From Antedon mediterranea (taxonomy: Eukaryota > Animalia > Echinodermata), in the NCBI RefSeq assembly GCF_964355755.1, contig NC_092675.1:14914912-14978911 (forward strand): a stretch of DNA of 64,000 nt, given 5' to 3'. The translations under genes were made by a program, and so were the position numbers. A model generated the notes under the pieces. The model made no database searches. It was not told the DNA's origin and worked only from the letters and a program-made list of their open reading frames with translations. Shown here piece by piece: positions 26,517 to 40,095 of this stretch (position 1 is its first letter; each line of letters begins with the position of its first letter).

Positions 26517-27313
26517 TAACAGTAGGCAGTGGTGGATCTAGGATCTGACAAAGATGGGGGGAAAACGAGCGGGGCCGAGCCTCAGAAAAATTTTGAACAA
26601 ATCGATGCTTACACACTGTTTAATAGGCTAGAGCAACTGTTTCCATCACATTTAATAACAAATGTTACATAATGTAAATTCTTCCTAAATACTGTACTGA
26701 TCATTTTTGACGAACTAGTAATATACTTTGATCGAAAAACACTTCAAATGAAATGAATATTTGGTAATGCGGTACTCCGAAAATTCCTTGATAGTGCATG
26801 TGTTGTGTACTGTGTTTTGGTGGTCTGTTAACCTAAGATATATAACCACAGCTGGGTGAATAACTCAATGTAATTTAGTATACAATGATTGCAGTAATCA
26901 CCGTGTATATAACACAAATTAATAAAACGCCAATACGCCACACTTTTTTTTCGGCCGTGTACATACAAGACATTTCATGTTTATTTTGTGCCTATGGGCC
27001 TGTTTCTGCTGAGCAGAAATAATCGATTATTAACCGTTTATTTTTTTAATCGATTATTTTTGGGCAGCAGAAACGGCGCAAAATAAAATAACCGATTAAA
27101 AATAACCGATTAAAAACACTCAATCCATTGCGTGTTTTAATCGATTATTTCTTGTTTTAACCGATTATTGCGGAGCAGTTTTGAGCTGCAACACAAATAG
27201 CGATTATCGTGACGTCATATTTTACCCGAGGTCAACTCGTGAATATGGGGAAAAACCACAGAGTCGACCATGCTGTTTATTCGCGGGAGTACGATCGAAG
27301 CATCAACAACAAC

Positions 27314-29016
27314 ATGTGGACTGACGAAATAACGCGCTATGTAATCATTTTGTGGGGGGAAGAAAAAACAAGTGGAAGGCTGCAGGGCAATAAAAAAGAC
27401 TCACAAATGTATAAAAAAATTGCAAAATCTGTTGAGAAGGAGTTTAATGTGAAGCTAACCGTGTTACAGATCACGAATAAATTGAAGAATCTGCGGCGAC
27501 AATTTACTGTCGCCAAAGACAACAATGAAAAGTCGGGGAGGGAAAGGATAACATGTCCTTTCTACGACCTCCTCGACAATATCCTCGGAGATCGTGCATT
27601 GCACAATCCCCCTCACGTAATGGAAGGGGGACAAAGACTGAATGCAGAAGAGAACCAGGGTAAGTAGGCTACATCTATAAATAAATCATCGCCGATCGAT
27701 TGTTAAAGCCTACTAGGGTGTGGCCATGCCTGTCTCCCATAGTGATGATAGCACTGGCCTACCCTATCTAGACTAGCCTAGCTAGGCCTAGACCTACTTT
27801 ACTTAATTATTAATAATAATAAAACCCCAATATTAATATATGACTGTGATTAAAATCGCTTGAAACTTTTCTTTATTTACTACAACTTTAGCCGGCCTCC
27901 ATCTTTTAATCCCCGACATACAGTATATTGTAGCCCCAGACTAGATTGTTCAGTGCCTAAACTAAGCAATATTTAATTTTCATTTCTATAACTACTGATC
28001 CTTCTGTAGTGTTGGGTTAAATACTATAAATAATATTACTAAATAGTTTCGCCTTTTTTCCTTCAGATTTTGACCGTCAAGCTATTGACAATACAACAGG
28101 TAATAATGACAACAATATTCATTTGTAGAAACTAAATACAGTAAAATGGCATATTTATTGATTAATATAATTAATGGTGTTAAGTGGTTCTCATCTTTTC
28201 TTGTGTTTAAATAATATGGTAATGTTGCATTTTATATAGATGACAGTGAATTAGATGGCAGTAATGCAGATGCAGAAAGTGTTGATGAAAGTGTTGATGA
28301 CAGTATTGAGGATCCAAGGGAAAATCAAGACCAACCAGTACAAAATGCTGGTGAGTAATAACTATATTCATTATATAATTAATTCTGTATATGAATATTT
28401 GTATGTGAAATCACAAATAATTACTAAACGTAGTCAATATGCTTGCAATGCAGCATCTGAAGGTAATTTTTTCTTATTACTTTTAGGTGCACAGCCACTA
28501 AAAAAAAAACCCAAAAAAACAAAGCTGGAACAATCGTTTAAGTTGCTGACTGACATGATGTCCAAGCAGGATGAACAACTTGAAAATCGGCTGCTGCGAC
28601 AAACCGAAGAACAGCAGCAATGGATGCAGCGGATGGCTGAAGCAGCAGAAAAGAGTAGGAGGGAAGAGCATGCCAGGATGATGGACCTGTTCAAGATGAT
28701 GGTACAGCAGCCACATCAACAGCCACAATATTATCCACACCAACAGCCACAATATACGCAACAAAGAACAGGTCAAGCACAATATACACAGCCACCACCA
28801 TATCAAGGGTATAGCTTGCTGGAAAACCGTACACACAATTCACCAAATCCAATCAATACGATGCAAGCAACACCATTCCAACGTTCACAAGCACCTCATA
28901 CTTTAACTCGCCCACCTCATAATTTAACTCGCCCACCTCATACTTTAACTCGCCCACCTCATACTTCCACTCGCCCACCAACCGATGAAGACATCCCAAC
29001 ATATTTGTCCATATAA
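27314..29016 (+). CDS. Harbinger Myb/SANT-like (trihelix) DNA-binding protein; exons 27314-27659, 28067-28099, 28240-28350, 28487-29016 (339 aa; an in-frame ATG ~70 nt upstream is an alternative start)
   Basis: WTDEITRYVIILW...QITNKLKNLRRQF...SGRERITCPFYDLLDNILG is the trihelix Myb pattern. All introns are GT-AG phase 1 and the frame is open. Basic NLS-like KKKPKK, a coiled coil, and a Q/P-rich tail with PHTLTRP repeats follow. Confidence 0.88.
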
Positions 29017-30106
29017 ATTCATCCAGATCTTTCAAAAATGAATGCAATAGTTATACAGTATCAACAAAATGTTTTTTTCAACATTTACAGGTTTCTCTTT
29101 TTTTTTATTTTTTCATAAAAATCCCATTCCCTACGTTTTGTAAAAATATTGCATAAATAGTACTGTACTTTTACAACGTTAAACCAGGTCATTCCTATGT
29201 ACATTTTATGGTAAATAATGATAAGAAAGAAACACTGCACTACCTAATGTATGTTTGGGGTTATAGCAGACTTCATAAATTATTAGAATCAACTTATTTT
29301 CCACATTTTTAATCATTTAAAGACTGAACAGTTATCGCAATATTATTACATTAAATGTAGTTTGTGACCTTAAATTAGGTCTAAAAAAAGTAGGGAACAC
29401 GAATTTAAACTACTTTCCAAACTGCAATATTTTACCTCAGTGATTTAACTTATTTTCTCTAGAACAGAACTTTTGTAGGAAAATTGATTGCATGCTTAAA
29501 TTATTTACCATAATTGCATTATTAGTTATTAGTTTTAGATGTTTATTTTTAAACAAAATATTTTTACGCCGTATTATTTGTCTTTCAACAAGGTATTTTT
29601 CTACATATTTATAGCATGTTTATAACATACATAGTGGTGTTGTATAAAAAAAAAATGTTTGCGTCCAGAAAGAAAACACAGTAGATATACAACAGAAATT
29701 TAGTAGGAAAAGTGATTGCATGCTTAGATTATTTACCGTAATTGCATTATTAGAAACCATGTATATTTTTTTAGATGTTTATTCGTTCATTTTGGAAAAA
29801 AGTTATAAATTAACAACCAATATTTGTTTTTAACAAAGTATTTTTCTACATAGTTATAGCATGTTTTAAATATAATATATATATAGGTCTAGTGTGTTGT
29901 ATAAAAAAAACATTCAGAAAGAAACCTCATTACTTCTAAACTGCAATATAAAACTTGACTGTGTGGTGTAATTTCAAAAAATTACAAAAGAGCTTTACAA
30001 ATAGTGTTATATTTATACTGTATATGTATTACCTTTATTCTATTTAGAAACTGAATAGTTTAATTTGCAAATAAATCACTTGGAGTAAAGTGATCAGAAA
30101 TAGTTT

Positions 30107-32190
30107 TTATATTTGGTGCAAGTTACAATAGTTTGTTATTGCAGTTCTAATGTCTAACGCATCTGGGGCTGGATTATCAAAAACATTAATATTGTTTGCT
30201 TCATCTTCAATGGGAAAATCAGGCATTGCTTCTTCTATTGCATCATTTTGTTCAATACAAAAGTTGTGCAGTACACAGCAACTGCTCACGATCAAAGGGA
30301 CTTTTGAAATATGCATGTCATTTCGACGCATTAACATCCTCCACCGGCCTTTAAGGATACCAAAGGCACGTTCAACAACCATACGGGCTCTGCTTAGCCT
30401 GTAATTGAACACACGTTGTCTCCTGTTAAAGTTACCACGCTCTGGAAAGGCTTTCATGAGCCATGGCATCAAAGGGTAGGCTGGGTCACCGATAATAAAC
30501 ACCGGCACATCCACACCATCAATTTGAAGGGAAGTGTTCTGGAATGAATAAAAATATATAATGGGTTAAATAAATATTAAAAGTCTCAATAAATTTGCTT
30601 TTTTAAACCTATTTTATCGTACTTACCCTTGGAAATAACTGTCCCCCCTGACCTCGTTCATATATGGAAGAATTCCTTAGTACCCGGGCATCGTGCACCT
30701 TCCCTGGCCACCCTACATTAACATCTGTGAACCTGAAACCAACAAGAGAACGCCTAAATTAAGAATATGGTAGGTATAGAATTAATTTTGAGGATTAGCA
30801 AATTAGTATTTGCCATTTCTTTAGAACAAACTGATACACTTCTGTTGACTGACAATATGACTTTATTCTATATCTTCCATAGTATAATACAAATTTTGAA
30901 AAAGAATATCAGGATATCCCATTAAGTTGATACAGTATATAAAATTAAGAGTACCTATTTCCGGTGTTTCAAAAATTTAATTTACAAACTATGCATTTTA
31001 ATGTATTGAAATATGGAAAGGGTACCTTAATTTGTTATCCACAACTCCTTGTAGGATCATCGAGTACCAACCCTTGCGGTTGTAGTAGTCGGCAGGTGAA
31101 AAGTGTGGTGCTTTTATAGGAATATGAGAGCCATCAATTGCTCCAGCACATTGTGGGAATCCAAGTTCATTGAATCCCACAATTGTGGCCCTCAACCTTT
31201 CCTCCGTAGGCCAAACAATATAGTTGTTATACATTGTGTCTACTAAGGCTTGGCAAACCTCCTGTACAACACGGCACACAGTTGATCTATGCACACCAAA
31301 CAAATTGCCTATTGTTCTCAGTTCACAGCAAGTTGCCAGTCTCCATAAGGTCATTCCCACTAACTTTTCAACACTCATGCCATTCCCAAGGTTTGAATCC
31401 TCTCGTTGTAGAGTTGGCCGCAATATATTGCACAGAACTTGAAAAGATTCTGAAACGCATAAGTATTGTCATGTTCAACTCCTTTTTTGTAAGAGCCGGT
31501 ATTAATTTATAATTAATGTTATTTATTAGTTTTGGTAAGCCTGCCCGGCCGTGGTGGTGGTAGACTGAAAATAGACCAAATATAAATCGAGATGGATTTA
31601 TAGCCTAGCTAGGCTCTACTTACTTAGTCCGGTCATACCTACAATTGTAATGCTGGCTATATAAACAAAAGAAAAGTTGGCCTAGGGGAGGCTAGTTTTT
31701 AAAAACTTACCTTATCAACACTACTAGACTTCCTAGACTAGTACTAGTACTTACTACTTACTAGGCCTAGCTAGGCTAGGCCTCTTTAGTATTTTAGTAT
31801 TTATTTAGTATTTAGGTTTTTTTATTAAATTACTACAGCTGTATTATATTCATATTTAATACCTTGGGACATTCTGAAGTTTTCTTTCCATAGCTGTTCT
31901 GTGTAACGTTGGCACACCGTTACATCCCACCAGTCCAGGCTAACAATGTTTTGCCTTGGCCTTACTACTCTCCTCTGCCTGTCCTCGTCGTTGTCGGTAG
32001 ATGTACCAAGAAGTACTGCGGCAGCGAAAATAGTCCTCCTTCTTGCTCGCCTACGTGCCCTTATTATATTCCACACAACATCATTATTCCGCTGTATTTG
32101 CTGGTAGATGTTTAGTGGGTTGACACGCAGTTCTTGATTAAAAGCCCAGAAAAGGGATATCAGTAATATAGCATTACGAAAAAGGTCCAT
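30107..32190 (-). CDS. Harbinger DDE transposase (HARBI1-like, DDE_Tnp_4); exons 32190-31863, 31449-31026, 30732-30627, 30538-30107 (429 aa)
   Basis: WKENFRMS, FGVHRSTV, GAIDGSHI, YYNRKGWYS, GWPGKVHDARV, IGDPAYPL, RMVVERAFGILKGRW, CCVLHNFC. GT-AG introns; 1290 nt open frame. Confidence 0.93.
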
Positions 32191-33369
32191 TTTAAACACA
32201 TGTGCGAAAGAGACAGCAAGCGCAGGGCGATGTAAACAAAACAACTCAGGTCAACCAAAAACTTCCGGAATTTGAATTGCGTTGTGGGTAATGATGACGT
32301 GATTTTAAAAACCGATTACCCGAATAACCGATTAAAGTAGTAGCAATTTTCAATTGCAACGCGATTATTTTTGTGGTTTGCGGTGACTGGAAAAAATCGA
32401 TTATTTTGATTTTTTCAGCAGAAACAGACCCTATGAAATAATAAAATAACACCATGTTTCTCGTTTATTTTTATCGTTTATACTGCATATAATATATTAT
32501 ATAAAAACCTTCACGATATTACACTCCACTCCGTACAGGGGTGTAAATATACTACGCTAACGCTTGCACACACGGACCAGGGCAGTATAATAAACTGAAA
32601 TGGAAAATGGTGTATTTATGACGTTTCAGCATTCACACGAGGGGGAGGAGAAAGCATGCAGCAAGCTGGACAACGACGTGTCGTAGGAGTGTGTGTGTTT
32701 TGAAAATAACACAGTTGTGGGTATTTTCTGAAGATTTTAAATTGCGTTTTCTTTTTAAACTATTGAATTCATAATAAATAATAATTAAACTCTTAGCTCT
32801 TTCACTATAATACTAACCCTAGCTTTAGGCCTACTCTTCTTAATCTTAAGTAAAAGAGTCAGGTGCGTCGAATCCACATCTAGCAATAGATTGCATTTTT
32901 TTTTTAATTAAGGGGGTTGGCTAACCTCCCTATTCACCCCCCCCCCCCCCTCCTAGATCCGCCACTGGTAGGGCCTACTCACACTCACAGTAATACATTT
33001 ATTTGTACATGTGTTTATATATCTAACAGTACCCACACTCAAATGATTAATACGTATTACAGTAATGTCAAAGTATTGCAATACCATATCTATATGGTTT
33101 TAGGTTAATTCCCCAATTATCGTAGGAGCGGATATTTTTCAAGATAGACATCCATTAGACAGTGTATACCACGATCGGAAAACACCCCTATTTGGGGCAA
33201 ATTGAACCTAAATTCGTTGTAATTGTCAATAACTATGTATCTAACTCAAATTTAATCCGTAAACAGGGTTAAAATCAGTACCGAAAGTACAAACCAACTT
33301 TATATACCATCGAGTAAATATTGTAGAAGCAACGCGCGATTTACCGAATTTTGCCCTTACGTAAATTTA

Positions 33370-34435
33370 TATATAGATTGTAAATACTGGAGTCAATATG
33401 CTTTGAAATTTGAGAAGAAAATGTGTTAGAAATGGATCAAGAGCTGAAGTCTTTGATGACATGTTCATTGTTAGCTTGTGAATTACATCATCAGTGACTA
33501 CGGTGAAGTCGGTGAGTTTGATGGATGTTCTGCATCCAGCTGCTGAGGAATTTGATGTGGGCATGGTAGATCACCAAATGACTTCCTGAGATTAACAACC
33601 TTGTCACGAAAGAAGGTGTTAAAGTCGTTGGCAAGTTGCAAGTCAGACACAGCAGTTGGAAATGAACCATCTTTTCCTTTACCAAGAAGTTGTTCATAAT
33701 GCAGATAACAATCGACATTGGTCAGATCCACAGCCATCAATTTTGAACTGCATGTAAGTTGTTTTTGTACCGTGCAGTACTTTATGGTATGCTTTACATT
33801 GTTTCTTGAAAGATAATAGATTTTCAGATGATGGATTCTTTTACCCATTTGAATATGACACTTGGAAATTCTACAATCATCAGAGAACCACAGATCTTGA
33901 CCTGATGTTAATGATCTTTGATTTTGAAGCGAGAATAAAAATTGATTGTAAAAAAGATACAGCAGAGTTTGAACTAACATCAAAAGATTCAGCAAGGAAA
34001 TCACTAAGCCATCAAACAATTTAGATTTTAAATCAACGGTGTTGATATTCTTAAAACAATGGAATGTAATTTTCTTTGTGTTATTGATGGTTTAGAAACA
34101 TTAAGTAAGGCATGGAGAAAGTAGTGATCAGACATATGATATTGATGTACTTGTGAATGTACAATTAAATTTGGGTTATTGGTAATTAAAAGGTCAAGTG
34201 TATGTCCATGCTTTGTGTGGGCGTATTGACCAATTTGGTAGAATCAAATATGTCCATAGCGTTTGGTATGAAAATCATCAGTATTATCAACGTGAATATT
34301 AAAGTCACCGGTGATAATGAGATTAGAATATAAGAGTATTGTTCAACAAGTTTTGAAAAATCTGCAGTGAATTTACAGCATTTAAGTGGTACCTTCGATA
34401 AAACTCTGATACCACCACCTCTCTTACCCAGATAT
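33370..34435 (-). mobile_element. Degenerate L2/CR1 ORF2 fragment (AP endonuclease and linker)
   Basis: Minus-strand motifs KRGGG, GDFNIHVD, HGHTLDLLIT, SDH, NDFNTFFRDKV, SKTSALDP; frameshifted. Confidence 0.8.
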
Positions 34436-35236
34436 TTTAACTAAGAAAAAGAAAAATGTTACGGTATATACTAAAGACTATCTGCACTGTTCTTTATTTG
34501 ATTATTATTATCTTTTAGTATAGGTAGCAATATTGCACAATTATTCACTATAGTATTCACATTAAAAATCTACGAACATATATTAAATTTCTGAAATACA
34601 AATACAATTTGCTAACTAAAAAAGAATATTAAAAATGTTAACAGTATATATATTAAACATTGTCTGCAGTGCTCTTCATTTGATTGTTTTAGGCAGTAAT
34701 ATTGCACAATGATTCATTATTTTTTTAATTTAATTTTTCACAGGAGGAATTTAATATGTTTATAGTATAGGGAATCGTTGCATTTTTATATCGGTTAGTT
34801 CTTTTTTTAGGTAGTAAATCTATTGGGGTTACGTAATCTAGATATATTATGTCTTTCAGCAGGTAGCATATTTTCGATGCCTCTCTGACTTAAGAATACC
34901 TCCTCCAAATTTACATATAAATATATGTTGTGAATTATTTGACACTAAAATGAAACCTATAACACCAGTCATTACAAAGATAATATTAAAGGCCTATAAA
35001 AGACAGATTGAGCAACAACATTTTCCTGGTTTATTTTGACCTACTAAAAATATTTAGACAAGTTGCCAAACTTTCATCACAAATTGCACATAGAATACCT
35101 CTTTGAACCTGACGAAGGGGCGACATAACGATGGAATGACTTTGTGTTGGGCGACTTTGCGCTAGGACGACTTTGCGTCGAGGCTACTGTGACGGGGCTA
35201 TTTTGCGATGGGGCGACTTGACTGCATCGTATAGAG

Positions 35237-35881
35237 CGCCGTTCCGTAACCTATGTATCACGACCCAAAAATTGAAAAAAAAAATGTATGGGTCGCGAAA
35301 TTGTTATCAATTATACCATGATCTATATGTGTAATGTTCTCAGTTTTGTACAATCTACAACACTGGTTACATTTTACATCTACAGTTTTCCCTATGTTGA
35401 CGCACAGTGAGTACCGTAGCGTATACACAATTGGGAATCGACGACGGAGCAATGGATGCTTTTGACACATAGTTCATTGTTAATATACTAGTGGGGAATT
35501 CCCTTTTAGGACATGGATTTAATAACCTACCAACTGGTATTTTTCTGTAGTTTGCAAAGGAGTGTGTATTACTTGACTGAAAAACTGCGAACTTTTACAA
35601 TGAACATTAGAATAATAGAAGGAACAATATAAACAGGTCCATCCCAAATTAAACTCATGGCGATGTTGTTCAGGCCCTAGCCAGGGGAAAACTTTATTTT
35701 ACGATCGTTTTGCCAATTGCAACTATGGTGCCATTTACGTGCGGGAGTACCATGTCCAGCCATCTAGGGGGTGTCATTTAACAAAATTCGCTTTGCCACG
35801 TCTCAAATACGCAATGTTGGGTCGCAAGAATTCCCAAAATAGGATCATGGGGTTGTGGTCAAAAAAGGTTGCAGAACGCTG
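35237..35881. mobile_element. hAT (Charlie-like) MITE
   Basis: Imperfect TIR C..CGTTC.G.AACCT; 8-bp TSD GTATAGAG / GTATAGTG; GGGTCGC subterminal motifs. Confidence 0.7.
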
Positions 35882-35948
35882 GTATAGTGTATACGAACGT
35901 ATATGAAACATAGGTTGTTTTTTTTTTGCAACATATGGTGTACCAAAA

Positions 35949-38900
35949 TACTCTAGTAGCTAGATCAACTTTCGTATGCACTTTGAGGTCCAGAGAATTT
36001 GACTTCAGAAATTGGTTTAGGGTGGTCAAACAATATTTGGCTTGGTTACACATTTTGAAAATGTGGCGAAAGGTCAAAAGGTCAAGGTGAAAGGTCATAA
36101 GACCAAACATAAATATGTCCTTAAATCTCAACAACCACTGGTCACAACGAGGTAATTTTAGTCTTAAATTAATCAGAAGGTATACATTTATATTCAGTCT
36201 AATGGGACATTTTAGTAAAAAATGACCGGAAATGCCATTTATGACCTTTGACCCACAACCCAGGGCATGTATGTATCTCCGTAACTACTGGTCGTATACA
36301 CTTGAATTTGGTTTTAAATTGTTCGAAATATATGTTTTGTTATTTGTTACATATTTTGAAAAATGTTACAAAAGGTCAAAGGATCAAGGTCAAGGGTTAT
36401 TTGAACAAATAACAAAAGGTACTTTTATCTCGGCAACCACTGGTCGCAGCAAGTCAATTTTGGTCTCAAAATGTTCAGAAGGCATGCATTTATATTCCAT
36501 CTAATGGGGCATTTTAGTCAAAAATGATAAGAAATGCCATTTCTGACCTTTGACCCACATACCAGGGCATCTTCCTATCTCTGTAAGTACAGGTTATAGA
36601 AACTTAAATTTGGTATCAAATTGTTCGAAATATACATATTTACATTCATTGTAATAGAAAATGTGGTTACAGAAATACTCTTACTAATGTTTCAAACAAA
36701 AAACATATCTACACAACTTATCCTTAGACAGTAATGTTATGCAATAACTGATACTTTAAATTGTTTTAATTTCAAGTACTAGTTATTGCTGTCCCCGAGG
36801 ACATTTTGATAATTTTAATTTTAATTTAATTTTGGATTTATATAGCGCTTTTCCAAGTGACCAAAGCGCTGTACAATAGAAAATAGATAGAAACGTTAAG
36901 CTCAACAGTTCTTTTCAGAATGCTAGAAGTAACTTGCCATATGTATCCGATTAAATGCCCCAGGCATTTATTGTTCAAAATGGTTTTTAGGGGTAAAGGA
37001 GGCATCTTTATTTGAGGTATAATATGGTAACATGTATAATCAAATAAATACCACCTAGATGTAAACAAATACTGCACAATTAATATCAAAAAGTGATACA
37101 ATTATGTCAAAATGCTTGGTAAATTGTAGATTATGGTAGTTAATGAAATGTGTTGACGTGATACAATTATTGTGTAAATGCATGTGGCGGTGCGTTTATT
37201 CCACATGGTGTTCTATTTGAGAGAATGGTGGCGTTTATTTGAAGGAATACTCTAATTTTAATAATTGTATTTCGTTTCTCAACTGATAAAAGGTACTTTA
37301 CATGATTCGTTTTCCTCTTTATGCTTTTTAACGAAATGTTTCTGTCTTTTAAAATAAAAGTGATAGATTCTATTAAATGGATCTTCACCTCCATGTGCCA
37401 GTATAATGATATAAAACAATGACGCATCATTATCCTGACACGATTGCACTCATAATGGATCTTCATTCTATCATCTATTTGTTTGTAACTACAATTTGAT
37501 AACAATCTTTTGCATAGTTTTAAATGCCAATACATAGTTTCATTACTATTGTACAATATGTCCAGCTTTCCTGAAAACACCCTTGTGTACTGTAGTACAG
37601 TGTTGTAGTATGATTTTATCATGATAAACTTCTGATGGTTTTATTGTCAATGCATTCAGTACCTAAAACATGTCAAAGTTTCTAGTGGTATTGATAATAA
37701 ATCTCCAGAAATATATATTATTTTATTATCTACACTGGGAACAGACGTGTATATGTATAAGTTTTGTCGTTGACATTCAAAACTATTATGCAACAGTGTT
37801 ACGTAATAATGACAATGACTTGGTCTAATATTGTGGTCTCCGATACCTTTCATTACATGATTGTACTTCCTCCAGGATAGAATGAGGTTTAATCCCGTTA
37901 TTATTCTTATTATATATATATATTTTTTTTATATATATATCTGGGGTGTATTTAGTTGATTATACATGTTACCATTATTACACCCAACAAAATAAACGCC
38001 TTCCCTGAATAAATAAATGCCCGAGGCTTTTATTCGGGTATACTACAGTAAATTACTTCTAGCATTCTCAAAATGTTTGAACGTTCGGGGTCAACAATAA
38101 TTTCTAGCATTATTATAAGCAAAAGTACAATTATTACAAACAGTAAAGGATTTGTTTTAATCCCTATAGTATAATGAAATCATTAAGCATCAATTATTGC
38201 ATAACATTACTGTCTAATGATAAGTTGGGTAGATATGTTTTTCATTTAAAAGATTAGTAATTAATAGTATTTATGATCATCATTTATCCAAATTTTCTGT
38301 TAGAATGAATGTAAATATGTGTATTTCTAACAATTTTATACTAAATTTAAGTTTCTACGACCTGTACTTACAGAGATAAGAAGATGCCCTGGTATGTATG
38401 TCAAAGGTCAGAAATGTCATTTCCGGTCATTTTTTACAAAATGTTTCATTAGACTGAATATGAATGTATACCTTCTGAACATTTTGAGACCAAAATTTAC
38501 TCGCTGTGACCAGTGGTTGCCGAGATACAAATACCTATTTGTGTTTATTCATATAACCCCTGGCCTTGACCTTTTGACCTTTTGTAACATTGTTCAAAAT
38601 GTGTAACAAATAACTAAATGTATATTTCGAACAATTTGAGCCCAAATTCAAGTCTCTACGGCCAATAGTTACGGAGATACAGACATGCCCTGGTTTATGG
38701 GTCAATTGTCAGAAATGGCATTTCCGGTCATTTTCGACTAAAATGTTTCATTAGACTGAATATGTATGTATACCTTCTGATCAATTTGAGACCAAAATTA
38801 CCTCGCTGTGACCAGTGGTTGTCAAGATTTAAGGACATAATGGTGTTTGATCTTATAACCTTTGACCCTGACCTTTTGACCTTTCGCCACATTTTCAAAA

Positions 38901-39007
38901 TGTGTAACCAAGCCAAAAATGATTGTTTGACCACCCTAAACCAATTTCTGAAGTCAAATTCTCTGGACCTCAAAGTGCATACGAAAATTGATCTAGCTAC
39001 TAGAGTA
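35949..39007. mobile_element. 3-kb foldback non-autonomous DNA transposon with ~800-bp TIRs
   Basis: TACTCTAGTAGCTAGATCAA... (35949-~36755) is reverse-complementary to ~38190-39007, with internal GACCTTTGACC repeats. TSD is either TA or AAAA, so the superfamily is unresolved. Confidence 0.9.
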
Positions 39008-39052
39008 AAAATGTTTTGACTATCATAGTATCAATATGAATTTGTTTTGCAG

Positions 39053-39306
39053 AATCAGCTTGAATCCTGTTGCCCGAATGGCAGTACAGTCTCTACGATC
39101 ATGTATTTCTCAGTTTGGTTACCGTGTCAGAACTCTAAGCGGCAATTCTCCACATAGTAATTGTGATTTCATGTCGATTGCAGAAAAACTAACCCTTGGC
39201 GATATGAATCTGGTCCTGTATCGATGTGAGAATGAAGAGAATGATGATGGAGGAGGGCTTTATAACATTCCAGAACATGGTAACATGGTGTACTGTGGAG
39301 TCCAAG
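39053..39306 (+). CDS. AGL: AGL exon 11 in window
   Basis: ISLNPVARMAV...LTLGDMNLVLYRCE...GGGLYNIP...YCGVQ; phase matches exon 10 across a 21.5-kb intron. Confidence 0.96.
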
Positions 39307-39470
39307 GTAAGGCCTAGCGATCAGGGGTTTTTTGTAATGGTTTAGGCTCAGTTGCACAGTTACAAGCAGACATAGTAATAATTGTATATTGATCTTTAAT
39401 ACCCCATAAAAGATTTCTAAACATTGACAATATTTCTATCTTCACTTCAAAGTTCTGTTACATGTAAAAA

Positions 39471-39990
39471 ACCCCTTTCACACAAAAAATCTGCAGTGAT
39501 CTCCGGAGACACCCCGGAGATACCCCATTCACACCAATCTAGCAACACCGAAGTTTTAAAAAAATGTAAATACTGCCCTCTATTTTGTTTGTTTACATAG
39601 TGATGATCATTTTAAATTGATAATATTTTTTATTTAATAATTATTTTCAAAAGTCTCAAGCCTGTATTTTTAACCAAACTTTTTGTTGTTGTTTTGTTCG
39701 AACTTTGACTTAAAAAAGTACTAGTTCGAGCTATTCAAATTAGATTCATAAAAGAAGTAGTCGAGGTTGCCCTAATTTAGTCGCCAATGTGTACAAGTAT
39801 TAAAAATATTAAATACTAAAGCAATGATTGATCTTGTTAGGATGACTTTTTGACCCTAAAAACTTTGATCTTTCACACTAAAACACCAAAACACCCTGCG
39901 GGTGGCCCTCCAGAGCCCATTCAACTGTTCAACCCTGGTGTTTTGAACTCCGGAGTGTCTACAGAGTTTTGCTTATGGGGCGAAAGGGGT
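39471..39990. mobile_element. Probable Harbinger-type MITE
   Basis: ACCCCTTTC / GAAAGGGGT ends and CTCCGGAG subterminal motifs; TSD not clean. Confidence 0.45.
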
Positions 39991-40095
39991 ATTAGAAAAT
40001 AACTAACTTCCATTTATAATTTGTATGTTACTTAGTTATAACAAAGAATAAACAAAGCCAGTGGTAAAAAACTTTGATTATTATATATTACTCAG

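Larger units (their letters stand above)
26996..32431. mobile_element. Autonomous-type PIF/Harbinger transposon (5.4 kb, two convergent genes)
   Basis: 17-bp TIR GGG(C/T)CTGTTTCTGCTGA; 3-bp TSD TAT (26993-26995, 32432-32434); clustered AA(T/C)CGATTA subterminal motifs at both ends. Confidence 0.95.
26527..32967. mobile_element. ~1-kb hAT-like non-autonomous element (5-bp TSD) interrupted by the Harbinger
   Basis: TIR CAGTGG(T/C)GGATCTAGGA at both ends; GTAGG duplicated at 26522-26526 and 32968-32972. Confidence 0.7.

Noticed and set aside
29474-29915. Diverged ~230-bp tandem duplication in the Harbinger centre (similar small duplications at ~48200-48830 and ~50686-50870)
   Set aside because: Real but ordinary internal duplications in non-coding transposon sequence.
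35859-39019. Pairs of similar ORFs on opposite strands (35859 -, 38762 +, 36232 +, 38394 +)
   Set aside because: Chance translations of non-coding TIR repeats.
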